A model generated the notes under the pieces. It did not search any database and was not told the DNA's origin. It saw nothing but the letters and a program-made list of their open reading frames with translations. Shown here piece by piece: positions 11,436 through 23,635 of a DNA stretch of 64,000 nt. The first letter of the stretch is position 1, and each line of letters opens with the position of its first letter. The position numbers and the translations under genes were made by a program. The stretch is from Neodothiora populina (lineage: Eukaryota), in assembly GCF_041146345.1 (NCBI RefSeq), contig NW_027191419.1:1-64000 (forward strand). Direction: 5' to 3'.

Positions 11436-12826
11436 TCAGTTGTCGACTTGTGAAAAACGGGCGGTGCAGTCTTGTTTGGACGCTTTGAGCTGTGTCATTT
11501 CCGCCTTCACAAGTTCTTCCGTTTCTGCTCGTGTCTCATCGTCAAGCAGATCATAAAGATCGTCCTCGTTACTGAAGGCAGCCCAGCAGATTGCATCGAC
11601 TTCAAAACTTTTTCTTGCCGCGTAATCAAACCAAAAACGCTTCGACTCCCATGAATCACGCATCCGCGCCGAAAGGCGAGGTTGAGTTAGTTGCCCCGAA
11701 GAGAGTACCACTTTGTTCTCGACTTGAGACAGAGCTTGAATAAATTGTTCCATTCTTGGCTCGTAGAGTAGCTTGAATTGCTCCATCGCATGACGATCTA
11801 GCCACATCTCTGGACCTGACAGAAGCAGCCACCATGGCGGATCATATGTGAATTGAGCAGGCATAGCGTTTGTGTATTCGAAGTCAATCACCGCAGTGAT
11901 CTGCAGTGTCTCTGGATCTACAAGCATATTCGAGGGACGAAGATCATCGCAGAAAGGTATGAACGGCCCGGCATCGTCATTACAGTATCTTGAGATGAGC
12001 TGCGAAAAGTGATGTCGGGCGATGAATCGTGCTCGAGCAATCTCGGGATCGTCCGCCAAGTTGCGCTGTGTCCGGAGATGGGTCAGGTGCATATGGGCCA
12101 TGGACGTGAAATAGTCGCTCGAATGTTCGAATGTCGATGTTGGTAGCTCGCGATATGGGTAGCCAGCAACACTTGCCAGTTCATTCATGTTATAGGTCAA
12201 TGGTCTCTTAGTGACAGACCATTTCATTACATCATCATCTCTCGTGACAGCTCCAATTCGAGGAAGCTCGAGTTGGGAGAGTTGAAGCAGATACTCCGCG
12301 ATCTGACCGTATATCTTGTTCAACGCTACTTCGTCGACATCCGGATTCAAGACAACGACGTCTTGATCATTCTCGGAGGGTGTTTTCAGGACGGTCGAAA
12401 GAAGGGTACCCTCCACAAAGTCCATAATGATGAAAAGGCCAAAATGCTGTGGACAATCAGCAGTCACACCCCAGCTATTTGACCCGAGGTATAGGAATTG
12501 TGGTGTGCTCAGCAAGATATTCCATCACCTGGACCTCGTTCGTAACCTTCTCGTCCATCAGTGCTGTATGTGTGTCCGGGCTTGGGGAATCGAATGATGG
12601 CGTCCGGCCCTCCATCGCTGGATCTGTAGCGGAAGCTGAAGTCAAAAGAGCCTTTGAGGAAACCGACATATTCCGTGGCTCTACCGCCTTTCCGGCGACC
12701 AGCAACGAACGATGCTAATTCGACTTTTGCATCAAATATCCTGTTCAGCAAAGCTCTGCATTCATCGTCTCCGTTCGTTTCTTCTAATTCGTCGAAAAAT
12801 GTTTTGAGCTGGGTCGTCGTCTGCAT
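11436..12826 (-). pseudogene. Aminoglycoside-phosphotransferase/choline-kinase-like protein, frameshifted
   Basis: IRFPKPG, EKVTNEVQVMEYL..TTIPIPRV, FIIMDFVEG, CDDLRPSNMLV and VIDFE are spread over three frames. Shifts at about 12570 and 12477 with no intron signals. Confidence 0.85.
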
Positions 12827-13387
12827 ACTGGGGGCAACGATGTCAACTTGATCTTTGAGCAAAAGTCGAGACTTTGGACAGATCGAACCCGCGACATGAA
12901 CTGATACTTACAGTGTAGTACTTCTCGAAGCATCGATCTCCTATAACATCGGATGTTCTCAACCACCGATGGCAGGCTGGTGATGCGGACACACGATTTA
13001 CGCGTCGATAGGGCCACGTCGCGGTGGTACGAGGACTTTACTTGATCTAATGCAAGACGAGTCACCTTTACCCATAATCCGAGACTTCTGATCAACAGAT
13101 CAAATTTGCATGTTCCCAATGCCCGCAGAGCCGAAGTAGATTCATGCATGATAATCTATGGTTGGTCTATAAGAGGAAGATGGCTCTGAGCTCCGGCTGC
13201 GCTAGCATACGCTGGGATTATCACGGAGATAAAATGATCACGACGCAGATATGCGTGTCAACACGACCACATTACAGTGTCAAGCTTGCCTCTTCCATCT
13301 CTAAGACAGCTCCATACTTTGCTTGAGCAACGAAAAGAAGCATAGCAATTAAATCTAACACGATCAAACACGATTGTACACCATAAG

Positions 13388-16300
13388 ATAGGCCAGCTTG
13401 CGGCTACGAATACCTCGACTGCCTTCTGCCGGAACGATGGCAGTTTCGGCCCCATTGTGCTCCCCGACTGCAGAGGTGGATTTGATTTTACCTTGTATTT
13501 CGAGCAGGTCTTTCTGCTCATCATGCCATGCGTCCTGATTCTATTCGTCTCCCCATGGCGAGTGCTTTGGCTGTTAGGATACACAAAGAAAACAACCACT
13601 TCCGTCCGGTCAGGGAAGCTGGTGTGTTTCTCTTGGCCTCCTGCACCTGTGCCTACTGACCTCAAATAGGCTTGTGTCTGTATATATAGTTGTCAGCAGC
13701 TCGTTCTTGCCATCCTATGGGTCAACGAACCCTTCGTAGCGGCATTAGCTTCATCCTTCTTCTCCTTTGCAAGCTCCGTATTGTTGATGTTGCTTTCGAG
13801 CTTGGAGCACTGTCGAACGATCAGACCCGCTTCCATCATTAATATGTATCTCTTGTTTTCGCTGCTCTTTGACATGGTCATTGCACGTACCATGTGGCTC
13901 GGTGCTACGTCGCAGATGCGTGTTCACAGCTGGCGTTGGCATCAACGTGGCAATGCTGTTTATGGAGGCGAGTGAGAAGAGGAAGTATCTGGGGACAATG
14001 TATTCGCTGTTGCCACCGGAAGGCATAGCTGGGATTCTGAACCGGAGCGTCTTCTGGTGGCTCAACGGTCTATTTCTGAAAGGGTTTCGAAGTATCGTCA
14101 ACCACAAGGACCTGTATGCATTAGACGAAGAGCTGTCTTCCGAGAGCTCTCATATAAGGGCAATGAGCTTGCAAAGCCGCATTCGTCGTGGCAAGGGGCA
14201 TGATTTGTTGCTGGCCACGACGAGGCTCCTCTTTTGGCCGCTGCTGCGCGTCGTACTACCTCGCCTTTGCTTAATAGCTTTCACTTACGCCCAACCAGCT
14301 CTGATCAACAAGATAGTGGACTTCGCAGGAAATCCCCCTGAAGAAGGTAACAAGAACCACGGATACGGCCTTATCGGTGCTACCCTCCTGGTATACTGTG
14401 GTATTGCGGTCTCGAACGTGCACGCAAATCATGCGTTCAATCGGGTTCTTGTCATGGTGCGAGGAACCATGATCATCTCGATTTACGAAAAGATGCTTCG
14501 GCTTCGCAGCGATTCGCCCCAGCGGGGATCAGCCGTGACTCTCATGAGTACGGACGTTGACCGCATCTGCACCGTACTCGAGCAGGTGAATTCCTTGTGG
14601 GCTGGCACAATTGAGGTTGTGATTGCAATGGTCCTACTGGAACGAGAAGTCGGCCTTGCGGCTGTGGCACCCCTGTGTTTTGGAATAGGTTAGTGCGAAA
14701 CCGACCAGCATAAGCAGAGCATGACGTCGAGGAAATGCTAATCCCAAGACCACAGCTGCGGCTTTGGTAACCTCTTTCATCTCCGCCAAGTCTCCTCGCT
14801 ACCAGCAGGCGTGGTTCAGGGCCATCGAGAAGAGGGTTTCTATCACATCTGGCGTGCTCGGTTCGATCAAGGGCATAAAGATGATGGGTCTTAAGCCCTT
14901 GGTCTCGAGCATTGTGCGAGACCGCCGAACTAATGAGATCAACCTTTCGAAGGGATACAGATATATCAACGTTGTTCTCAATCTGCTCGGTAGTGATACC
15001 CATCATTGAGTCATCGCGTAGACTAATTGGTACTCGTAGTGAACTCGCAGCTGGTCTTCTTTCCCGTCCTTGTTTTTGAAATATTTATCGCTACCAGCGT
15101 CGACCACTTCACTGTATCCAAAGCCTTCACGACACTGTCAATCACAGCTCTCTTATCCGGACCATTAATTGAGATCCTCACGAACATGTATCTGCTAGCA
15201 TCAGCTGCTACGTGCTTCACCAGAATTCAGGACTTCTTGGTCCTGTCCGATCTCGTGGATCGAAGAACCGACGAAACGAGCGGAACACAACAAACCAGGA
15301 GGTATTCCGATATCACTAATACTGCTGTAGCGATCAGACATGCCGAGATCTCCGCTAGAGCAGACTCAAGCCCTACCCTGAGAGACTTACATATAGACGT
15401 CATGTTCTCGAACCTAACAATGATAGTAGGTCCTACTGGTTCTGGTAAATCAGCATTGTTACGAGCCTTACTAGGGGAGGTCTATATCTCAGCTGGAACC
15501 ATTACGATTGCATCCAAGAAAGTGGCATACTGTAACGATCAGCCCTGGCTTACAAATGATACGATACCTGCGAACGTCGTTGCAGGAAACCACTACGATC
15601 CGGAATGGTTTGCGTCCGTGTTGGACGCCTCCGGATTCGACGAAGAGCTTCGGGCACTCATTCGCGATGGGGTCAGTATTGGTTCAATGGGGCTGATCCT
15701 TAGTGGAGGGCAGAGGCAACGCGTTGTAAGTGCTGAGCTGATTGAATCAACTCTTGAGCCCGCGATGTTGTCTACTAGCTGCTGACCGTCGAGAAGTCTC
15801 TGACCCGTGCCATATACTCCAAGGAGAGGATTATAGTCCTCGATAATCCCCTTAGCGGTCTCGACGCTCATACGGAGGCAAGGGTCATGAATGGGCTCTT
15901 TGGCCACGGCGGTCTACTGAAGAATGGGAGTTGCGCGGTGATTCTGGCCACAAATTCAAGTAATATTCGAATTACTTCACCATCCCAATCTCCCTGTACA
16001 TACGATCTCAGTCGAACCAAGTCTGACTTTCTTAGCAGATTACCTACCACTGGCAGACAAGATCATCGCACTCGGCAGCGACGGTCGAATTAGCTATCAG
16101 GGACCGTTGGATGATTTCGCTGCGCAAAGCAACCTCACACGGATCGGCAGTAATGAGATGCTGGCTCGGCCTGGCGCCAATGCCCCGGTGCCTATAGCTG
16201 CTCCTCTCGACCCACTGCCGCCTTTGCGGCGTAGCGTCCCGATCGTCCCAGGAGACGTGTCTCGTAGGACTGGCGATCTCTCGGCGTACCGGTACTACTT

Positions 16301-18121
16301 GCTGGCTCTTGGCTATACACAGACGTTTGTCTTTGCCATCTCGATCGCGCTTCGCGTGTTATGCATTCAATATCCTCGTTAGTGTCGTCTGTCCTAAGTC
16401 TCGTGCTCGTAGGCTGGTCCCGGGGGTTGTGACTGTGCTTCCACTGACTTCCACTTCCAGAGACCTGGCTCCAGCGTTGGGCGCAGGCAAACGAGTCTTC
16501 TCCAGGGACGGACGAAAGACTATATCTCGGCGTTTACGTGGCGTTCGCCGTGGCTGCACTTCTGTTCGTGGGTTGCGCGCTGCTGCAGATGTTCATAGTG
16601 ATCGTCCCACGCTCTGCAAGCCGACTACACGCGTACCTCCTCTCCGCCGTCATGAACGCACCGTTTTCATTCCACTTCAACACAGACCAGGGGACTACAC
16701 TCAATCGATTTAGTCAGGACATGTCGCTGGTTGATTCTCAGCTTCCATCGGTATTTTTGCAGACCTCGACTGCCGTGGCCAGCGCAATCGGTGGGGGTGT
16801 TCTGATCGCAGCCGGCTCTAAATCCATGGGGATCACTATCCCTTCTACGTACTCGTTCTCTATCTGCTGCAGAAATTCTACCTGAGGCTATCTCGCCAGG
16901 TATTTCACATCCTTTCCTACCGCATTCATGTGTATCTTCGCTAAGTACGACCCAGATGCGCCTGATGGATCTTGAAGCCAAGTCAACTCTCTTCGGCCAC
17001 CTTACCGAGACTAGTAGTGGACTAGATACCGTCCGTGCATTCGGGTGGCAAGAGCATCAAGTCAAGAAATGTCTCGATTTGCTTGATCACTCGCAAAAGC
17101 CTGTCTACCTGTTCCTCTGCATCCAGAGATGGCTCGGTCTTGCTCTAGACCTACTGATCGCAGCTTTGGCCGTAGTCCCGGTATCGCTAGTCATAGGGCT
17201 TAGTGGTAGTACGAGTAGTGGCTCTGTGGGAGTTGCGCTTGTCGGTATTCTTAGCTTTAACCAAGTCCTCGCCCAGGCGATAACTTCCTATACTACCTTG
17301 GAGACCTCGATCGGAGCCATTGTGCGGATGAAGAACTTTGTTGCGGCCACAGAGGCAGAATCAGACCCGGTGACACCAAGGACGCCATCTCTGGATTGGC
17401 CTACCTCGGGAAACATCGTGCTCCACAACGTAGTAGCGTCAGATCTCCCGAGGATACGCCTGTGATCCGCGAGCTAAATCTCTCCATCTCAGCTCACCAA
17501 AAAGTCGCTATCTGTGGCCGATCAGGTCCCGGAAAATCCTCGCTGATTCTCCTACTGGCGCGCCTACTCGATATCTCGTCTGGGACCATCACTATCTATG
17601 GCATACCGATTGATGAGATTCCCCGCGAGAGATGTCGTTCGAGTTTGACTTTCCTACCACAAGATCCGGTCGCGATACCTGGGACAGTACGTCTGTATGC
17701 CGATCCTTCGTCAACAAAGTCAGATGCGCAGATCTTGCAGGCACTACAGAGCGTCGGACTCGGGGATATCTTCAGCCTTCCGGGCACTTCAGACGCCGAG
17801 ATGGACAGCGTCCCGTTGTCGAAAGGCCAGAAGCTGCTCTTTTCTATTGCGTATGCTTCGCTTCGTGAGAACAGCATCATCATCCTTGATGAAGCGACAA
17901 GTAGTCTCGATAAGGAGAGCGAAGAGAGCGTGAAGCGTATCATCCTTGGCGAGTGGAAAGAAAGGACAGTCCTCGTTATTGTTCACCATCTTGCGACGAT
18001 ACTCGATTATGATATGGTCGCAGTTGTCGATAGTGGCCGAGTAATGGAATATGGGAGTCCAAGAGAATTGCTATCTAAACCTGATGGTTGGTTCAGAAAG
18101 CTATGGGACGTCTCAGCATAA
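13388..18121 (+). pseudogene. ABCC/MRP-type ABC transporter, multiply disrupted
   Basis: CRGGFDFTL N-terminus, GPTGSGKS, LSGGQRQR, NRFSQDM, ETSIGAIVR and IILDEATSSLD. Frameshifts at about 13915, 16848 and 17440. No in-frame ATG (ATA at 13388). NBD2 Walker A reads GRSGPGKS. Confidence 0.88.
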
Positions 18122-18831
18122 AGGCTTTCCATACAAGCTACACTACACTAGTAGTATCCTCACCGAGAGATTGCCTAGCCGCCGCTGTGTAGCTTGCAGG
18201 ACATGGTTGAATTCCAAACTCTGAACATTGTTCCAAGCAAGGTGAGAGTTCCAAAGCGAGCGCTATACCTTGGCACAACGTGGGTTCTGTCGGGCATGCT
18301 CGTCCAGTCTATTTGATTACAGAAGATGTAACGATTTGCCAAGTAAGGTGTAAAGCCAGTGGGTGTGCTCATGGTTGTAGAGGTAAAGTGTATGGAAGAA
18401 ACATGCAGATCGGAAGAATTCAGGACTGCTAAGAGTGTGGGTTGCAGTGCTACCAGAAAGCCCTGGCGATGGTGATTCAGTCATGGTGACAGGATGAATG
18501 TACTAGGATACCCGTAGTCGACTTGACAAAACCACAACAAATGGCAGCTTCTCTATCGGGAAGGACCTCGGTGCTTGTCATTGAGAAGTCAGTGACCCTC
18601 CACTGAGGCGTCACTGACCTTCGATTAGTGAGTTACCGCCCATTGATCAGAGACTCATCGACTCTTCATCAGGGCGCCATGTCATTGACGAAGGCATCCA
18701 TCAGAGTCATCGACTGTTGTTCATAGTAAGGTAGAGTGAATCTCGAACCAAAACGAGCTTCGCCGGCCGGGTGAGACTGGAGCGTGCCAAGCTGTGGCGG
18801 CCCGACTATGTTCCGAAGCCGGTTCAGGCAG

Positions 18832-18855
18832 CCATCTCCATCTCCATCTCCATCT
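18832..18855. repeat. (CCATCT)4 microsatellite
   Basis: Four exact tandem copies. Confidence 0.9.
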
Positions 18856-19442
18856 CCACTATATACTTTCTTGTTATCATCCATGACCAAGACATGACCA
18901 AGACATGACGTGGTTCATCACAGATTCATCGGTATTGCCATCTCTCATTGCGACAAAGACTAGATCTTCACTTTTCGAATCACCGAATCTCAGTTGAGAC
19001 GGCACGCCATCATCGCCGCTCGTCGGACGCGTCTCTGCATCGTCGACTAGGCTTCACCGATCTGGCTCGGCCCATTTGCGCGAGGAAGGTCGACCAACCT
19101 TCGTCCTGGTCCATCCCATCCGTGCGGCAAGCGTCTCATCTTCTGTCTACCTGGCTCGTCCCACATGCGTGGCTGAGTCTCGCGGGCTTGAGGTCTGACC
19201 TGTCCCGGCTTGCGTGACAAGACCTCGTCGACGTCGGTCTGCCTTCTCCCGATTGCGCGTCGAAGCCCCGTCGGTGTGTGTCTAGAAGACAAGAGTCAAG
19301 GCTGCTTGAGCCTCCGACTGCTGCAAAAGCCTGGGTGGGTGGGATCTGTACAGCCGCCGACACCACTTTTCTGTGCAGGGGAAAGGTATACCTCTTGCGC
19401 CTGCCTTGTGAGTCGCTGACACCCTATATACCCTAGCGACAC

Positions 19443-21278
19443 ATGATGGCATCCACCGATTCTCGCAACGCCGATGCGAGGCCCAAGCTCAGATTGGATG
19501 GCGACGCTGACGAGCTGCGACTGAATCTCGGGCCCGATGGCATACACTGGATCATCTCCGGCGCTCAAGTCGGCGCACGATGGACACATTCCGACTCGCA
19601 CAACGACGAGCGATGCCGCTACCTCGGAGGCCCGTCCCCCCTCAATTGCAAAGACAGCCCGCTGCGTCTCTGGATCGGTGCCTTGGACGCCACGCAAGAG
19701 CTCCTGGTCATGTTGACAATGTCCGTCAAGCTCGCCTCTTCCTCACACTCTCGACCCCGACGCATGTTTCTTGTCGTCCCTGCCGAGTCGCTGTCTCTCG
19801 AATCGTGTGCTCCCGCCTTCCAGAAGCTTGCACTCGACCAAGTCCCCGAAGCACTCTTCGAACGACCCAGTGACGCACGCTCAGCGAACTCCAACGCTTA
19901 TCTCCACCTCAGCTGCGCGCTGGAGAGCCCCAAGCACCGATCCTCGGTCATCATGCCTGCTCGCCAATACGAAGGCCAAGTCCGTGGCACCGCCTTGTCC
20001 CTTCTCGACTCGTTCAAGTCGCTTGCCCATAGCGCTCGATTCGATCTCTACCTCCAGTTCAATACATACGCGCAGCTCGGCCTCGTCAGCCTGGAGGAAA
20101 AGCTGAGGAATACAACATACGCTACGCCAGGCTTCGATCTACAAGGCATGTATCGCGGCCATCGCCATGGGGGAGTCAACCTGTGGGCCGAGCAGGGCTG
20201 GCACTGCGGCAGCCCCACACAACGTCGGAGCAAGCGGAAAGCGTCGCAGGAGCCGCAGCCACCCCCGCGCTATCTTGCCCCGTCCGCACAACCAACCGCC
20301 GCCGCGACAGAACCTCCTCCTGTGTATTCTGCCTCCAACCGGCCCGATCGGGCAAGGTCAGACCCTGTCAGCACCCGCGAGCGACAGCCTTTACCTGCGA
20401 CCGCGCATGGTGCTTCGCTTGAGCCCACTAGAGAAAACGCCGTAGTGCCCGCCAGTAGCCCACCCGTCGCTGTGCTGGTCCCTCGAAGCAGCACGCCGGA
20501 AGAGCTTGACGTGGGCCTTGTCTCAGAGCTTGCTCGAGAAACCACGCATCCCGAGCCAAGGTCCGAAACGTCTGGTATACGTGAAACACCATCACCGCGG
20601 AGGGCGACTGCCAGTAAGGATGCCACACTCACGGCCCCATCCATGACCATTTCTTCACTGCCGAGCCTCCGCTTCTTCGATGAAGTGCCCAATTGGCTGA
20701 CGACTGTGTGGAGATATGACCCCCTCGTGCATTACAAGTTTTGCTTTCTATTATTCCGCCTCGGTGCCTCTGCGAAACGAGATGATGCTGAACTATACCA
20801 AAAGACTCGAGTCAGGGGAACCAACCATCTAGTTGTCTTGCAAGCTTCTCAGCTCGAGCCTGATAATGACACAGCGCCGCAGCCAAAAGCGCCGTTCCCA
20901 GTCACCGGCTCGGGTGTAACTCGACCAGGCGCGTTGCTACACGAGACCTCGGACCTGATCGCGTGGATGACGATTGTGAATACTTCGTGTGATACTGCCA
21001 TGTTTGAATCGCTAGTCATGTTCGAGAGACAGAGAAAGCACGTGCTCGACTTGTGGCAGATGGACACCAATGGTGAGTATTTCCTACCGGATACCGACGT
21101 GATGCAAGAGGTAATGCATCGCCACCTTCGGCTCATGGAAAGCAAAGCCTCCATCGTCTGTGAAGTGTGCTTTGACCACGGATATACGGCGCTGCGAGCT
21201 CAACGTGACATTATGCCCAAGATGATCCAGGCGTTGGATGCTCAAAAGAACGCCCAGATAGACATATACAATGAATGA
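19443..21278 (+). CDS. Hypothetical 611-aa protein with central Pro/Ser-rich linker and PPxY motifs
   Basis: Single long ORF; TATA-like CCTATATA at about 19423; PPPRY and PPPVY; basic RRSKRK. Confidence 0.8.
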   Translation: MMASTDSRNADARPKLRLDGDADELRLNLGPDGIHWIISGAQVGARWTHSDSHNDERCRYLGGPSPLNCKDSPLRLWIGALDATQELLVMLTMSVKLASSSHSRPRRMFLVVPAESLSLESCAPAFQKLALDQVPEALFERPSDARSANSNAYLHLSCALESPKHRSSVIMPARQYEGQVRGTALSLLDSFKSLAHSARFDLYLQFNTYAQLGLVSLEEKLRNTTYATPGFDLQGMYRGHRHGGVNLWAEQGWHCGSPTQRRSKRKASQEPQPPPRYLAPSAQPTAAATEPPPVYSASNRPDRARSDPVSTRERQPLPATAHGASLEPTRENAVVPASSPPVAVLVPRSSTPEELDVGLVSELARETTHPEPRSETSGIRETPSPRRATASKDATLTAPSMTISSLPSLRFFDEVPNWLTTVWRYDPLVHYKFCFLLFRLGASAKRDDAELYQKTRVRGTNHLVVLQASQLEPDNDTAPQPKAPFPVTGSGVTRPGALLHETSDLIAWMTIVNTSCDTAMFESLVMFERQRKHVLDLWQMDTNGEYFLPDTDVMQEVMHRHLRLMESKASIVCEVCFDHGYTALRAQRDIMPKMIQALDAQKNAQIDIYNE

Positions 21279-22060
21279 TAGGCATCGATGGAGCCGAGCT
21301 CTCCCGTTCACCCCCTTGTCGCTGTGATTCGGTCTCAAATTGCCGGTGCAAGGCTTCGATCGGTGTCTGGTGATTCTTGTCTCCCTCACTCCCGGGAGCA
21401 ACAATGACCGTGATCCCGAGACACATTTCCTATCCGAATCATCATAGTGACAGCAACAACGGAATGCTGACCGTACACCATCGATGTATCGGGGATGCGC
21501 TATCTCACTTGTACGAACAGCAGAATCGTCGCGTTGTTTTGGTGGGTTGTACATGGATGGTCGTCGGTGAGCAGTACGAATAGAGGTCATGATGGCGGAA
21601 AAGCTGGGGCATGGCAGCTATTTCGTGGGGCCCACACGATTCCCCAGCCAAATTAAACTCAGGGTCGTCCCCGTTGCATACTGGAGTAAGCCGCGCGCTA
21701 GCGTTGCCCTACTGCATAACTCTATCTCTCAGGTCCCATCGAGACTCCAGCGCTGGAAGTCTGTGCCTAACAAACAATTGCTCGCTCAAGAGGTATTTCG
21801 TGAGTGTGGATCATAGCGGTCTTCTTCTGAATCATAGTCATGGCGGTCCTTGTCTGTTGTCATGGCACAAATGTCCGGCGGTCTATCGGTTGTCCACTTC
21901 CCGAACCCCGCACTTGTGAGGTCGATGCGTACCTTCCATGGTCATTAAAAAGACTTTCATTCGTACCTCATAAGTGCTCGCATTGGAAGCACTCTTTTCC
22001 AGACCCGCGACTTCCTGTTGACGAGTAACGACCCAACTGATTCGCCTCTGGACCGACGAC

Positions 22061-23284
22061 ATGACCTCAAATCAATGGCGCCCTGGCAAACGAGTCGCCA
22101 TCGTTGGTGGCGGTCCAGGCGCGATATCCACCGCTCTTGCTTTCTTGAGGAAAGACTTCGACGTACGCATCTATGAACGGCAACCAGAATGCAAGGCTAT
22201 CGGTGGCGCTGTGCTCCTGTCGAGTCCGGTCTTGGCAATATTACGGTCATACGGAATGGACCTAGATGTTGTTGGAGAGCACACTGTCACCTACTTCAAA
22301 AACAAGAGTGGCCTTGAACGGGTCAAGCTGCCCTTCAATCCACGAGTCGAGAAGCACATGGGCATCAAAGGCTGGCACTATGGTGTTCTGCGGTCTTCTG
22401 TATTCAAAAAGATGTTGGAACTTGTGCCCGACGGCGTCATCCACGCGGGCCATGAGTTTGTGAGTTACAGGGAGCTCGACGACAGCGTTGAGCTCGAGTT
22501 CCAAGGCGGCAAGACGGTCACGACCGACATTCTTGTTGGGGCAGATGGTATTCGCTCCAAAGTCTCGGCTCAAGCCTTCGGCGACCCTGGCTTGTTCCAC
22601 ACAGGTATCCGACTGTGGCTTGCCTGGTGCGACCAGATTCCGGACATCCCACCCAACTACGGCTATGTCTCTCACGATTGGCAGTACCAGGCCAGCTTCT
22701 TCCCCATGGTACACGACGGGAAGCCGGGTTTCGAATGGTGGATTGTTGAGCCGTCGTGGGAAGGCAAACCGGTGCCGAAAGACGTGCGTTCGCATGTCAC
22801 GAACATCTTGAAAGATTGGGCCCAGCCCATGCCTCGCTTTCCGGAAGTCACCGATTTCGACTCTCAAGTCTATCGTTGGGAGATTTATAACCGACCTTCC
22901 ATGAAAGAATGGTCCAAAGGCAGAATCGTCTGCGTCGGTGACGCTGTACACCCTGTCTCGCCTTACGCAGCCTACGGCATGGGAATGGCCATTGAGGACG
23001 GTTATCACCTTGCAAAGCAGCTCGATGGCATTGACTTGCGAGACATCAAGGCAGTCAGCGCAGGATTCGACCTTTATAACAAGCAACGAGTCGACTTCGT
23101 CAATCACAACATGGAGTTTGCGCGCTTCCTTGGGCGCATGTTTCACAGCGTTCCTCGCCCTCTGGCCTGGATCCGCGATGCCATCTTCGATTACACCCCG
23201 TTCATGAGTAGCTTCATGAGGAAGGGCTATCTTGAGAAGTCCGAGAAAGAAACAATCGATCTGAAAGAGCTCTACGTGGATTAG
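22061..23284 (+). CDS. FAD-dependent monooxygenase (group A aromatic hydroxylase-like), intronless
   Basis: VAIVGGGPGA Rossmann motif, DILVGADGIRS and GDAVHP..PY..YGMGMAIEDG fingerprints. Confidence 0.95.
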   Translation: MTSNQWRPGKRVAIVGGGPGAISTALAFLRKDFDVRIYERQPECKAIGGAVLLSSPVLAILRSYGMDLDVVGEHTVTYFKNKSGLERVKLPFNPRVEKHMGIKGWHYGVLRSSVFKKMLELVPDGVIHAGHEFVSYRELDDSVELEFQGGKTVTTDILVGADGIRSKVSAQAFGDPGLFHTGIRLWLAWCDQIPDIPPNYGYVSHDWQYQASFFPMVHDGKPGFEWWIVEPSWEGKPVPKDVRSHVTNILKDWAQPMPRFPEVTDFDSQVYRWEIYNRPSMKEWSKGRIVCVGDAVHPVSPYAAYGMGMAIEDGYHLAKQLDGIDLRDIKAVSAGFDLYNKQRVDFVNHNMEFARFLGRMFHSVPRPLAWIRDAIFDYTPFMSSFMRKGYLEKSEKETIDLKELYVD

Positions 23285-23635
23285 TGTCGTTCGGCATCAA
23301 TCATTCATATCTCTTTATCGGTTCCGTTATCAGATAGCCAATGTGCCTGCATGGTTATCGCTTCATCGACGAAGGCCTTCATCTTTATTGTGATAGGGCA
23401 TCGAGGCTGGAGCCTTGATGACGTCAGCCATCTATTATCGTGCATGTTGACCTGCTATCTCGTTCACCGCTATGATCGAGGTAGGTACCTGACGATGTGG
23501 GATTTAATCACGAGGGTCTAGATAAGTCTCTTTATATCACCTGAACACTACAAGTACGAGAGTGCTCACGGCTTCGATTGCCATGTATTGTACATACCAT
23601 TATCGAGGATTCACTTCAATGTTAAAAAACAAAAT

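Noticed and set aside
18640..18675. Hammerhead ribozyme core (CTGATGA on the minus strand plus a short stem)
   Set aside because: The required GAAA after stem II is absent.
22262..23146. 294-aa antisense ORF, and similar antisense ORFs over the GH63-like, permease and S53 genes
   Set aside because: Shadow ORFs caused by codon bias of the sense gene; no motifs.
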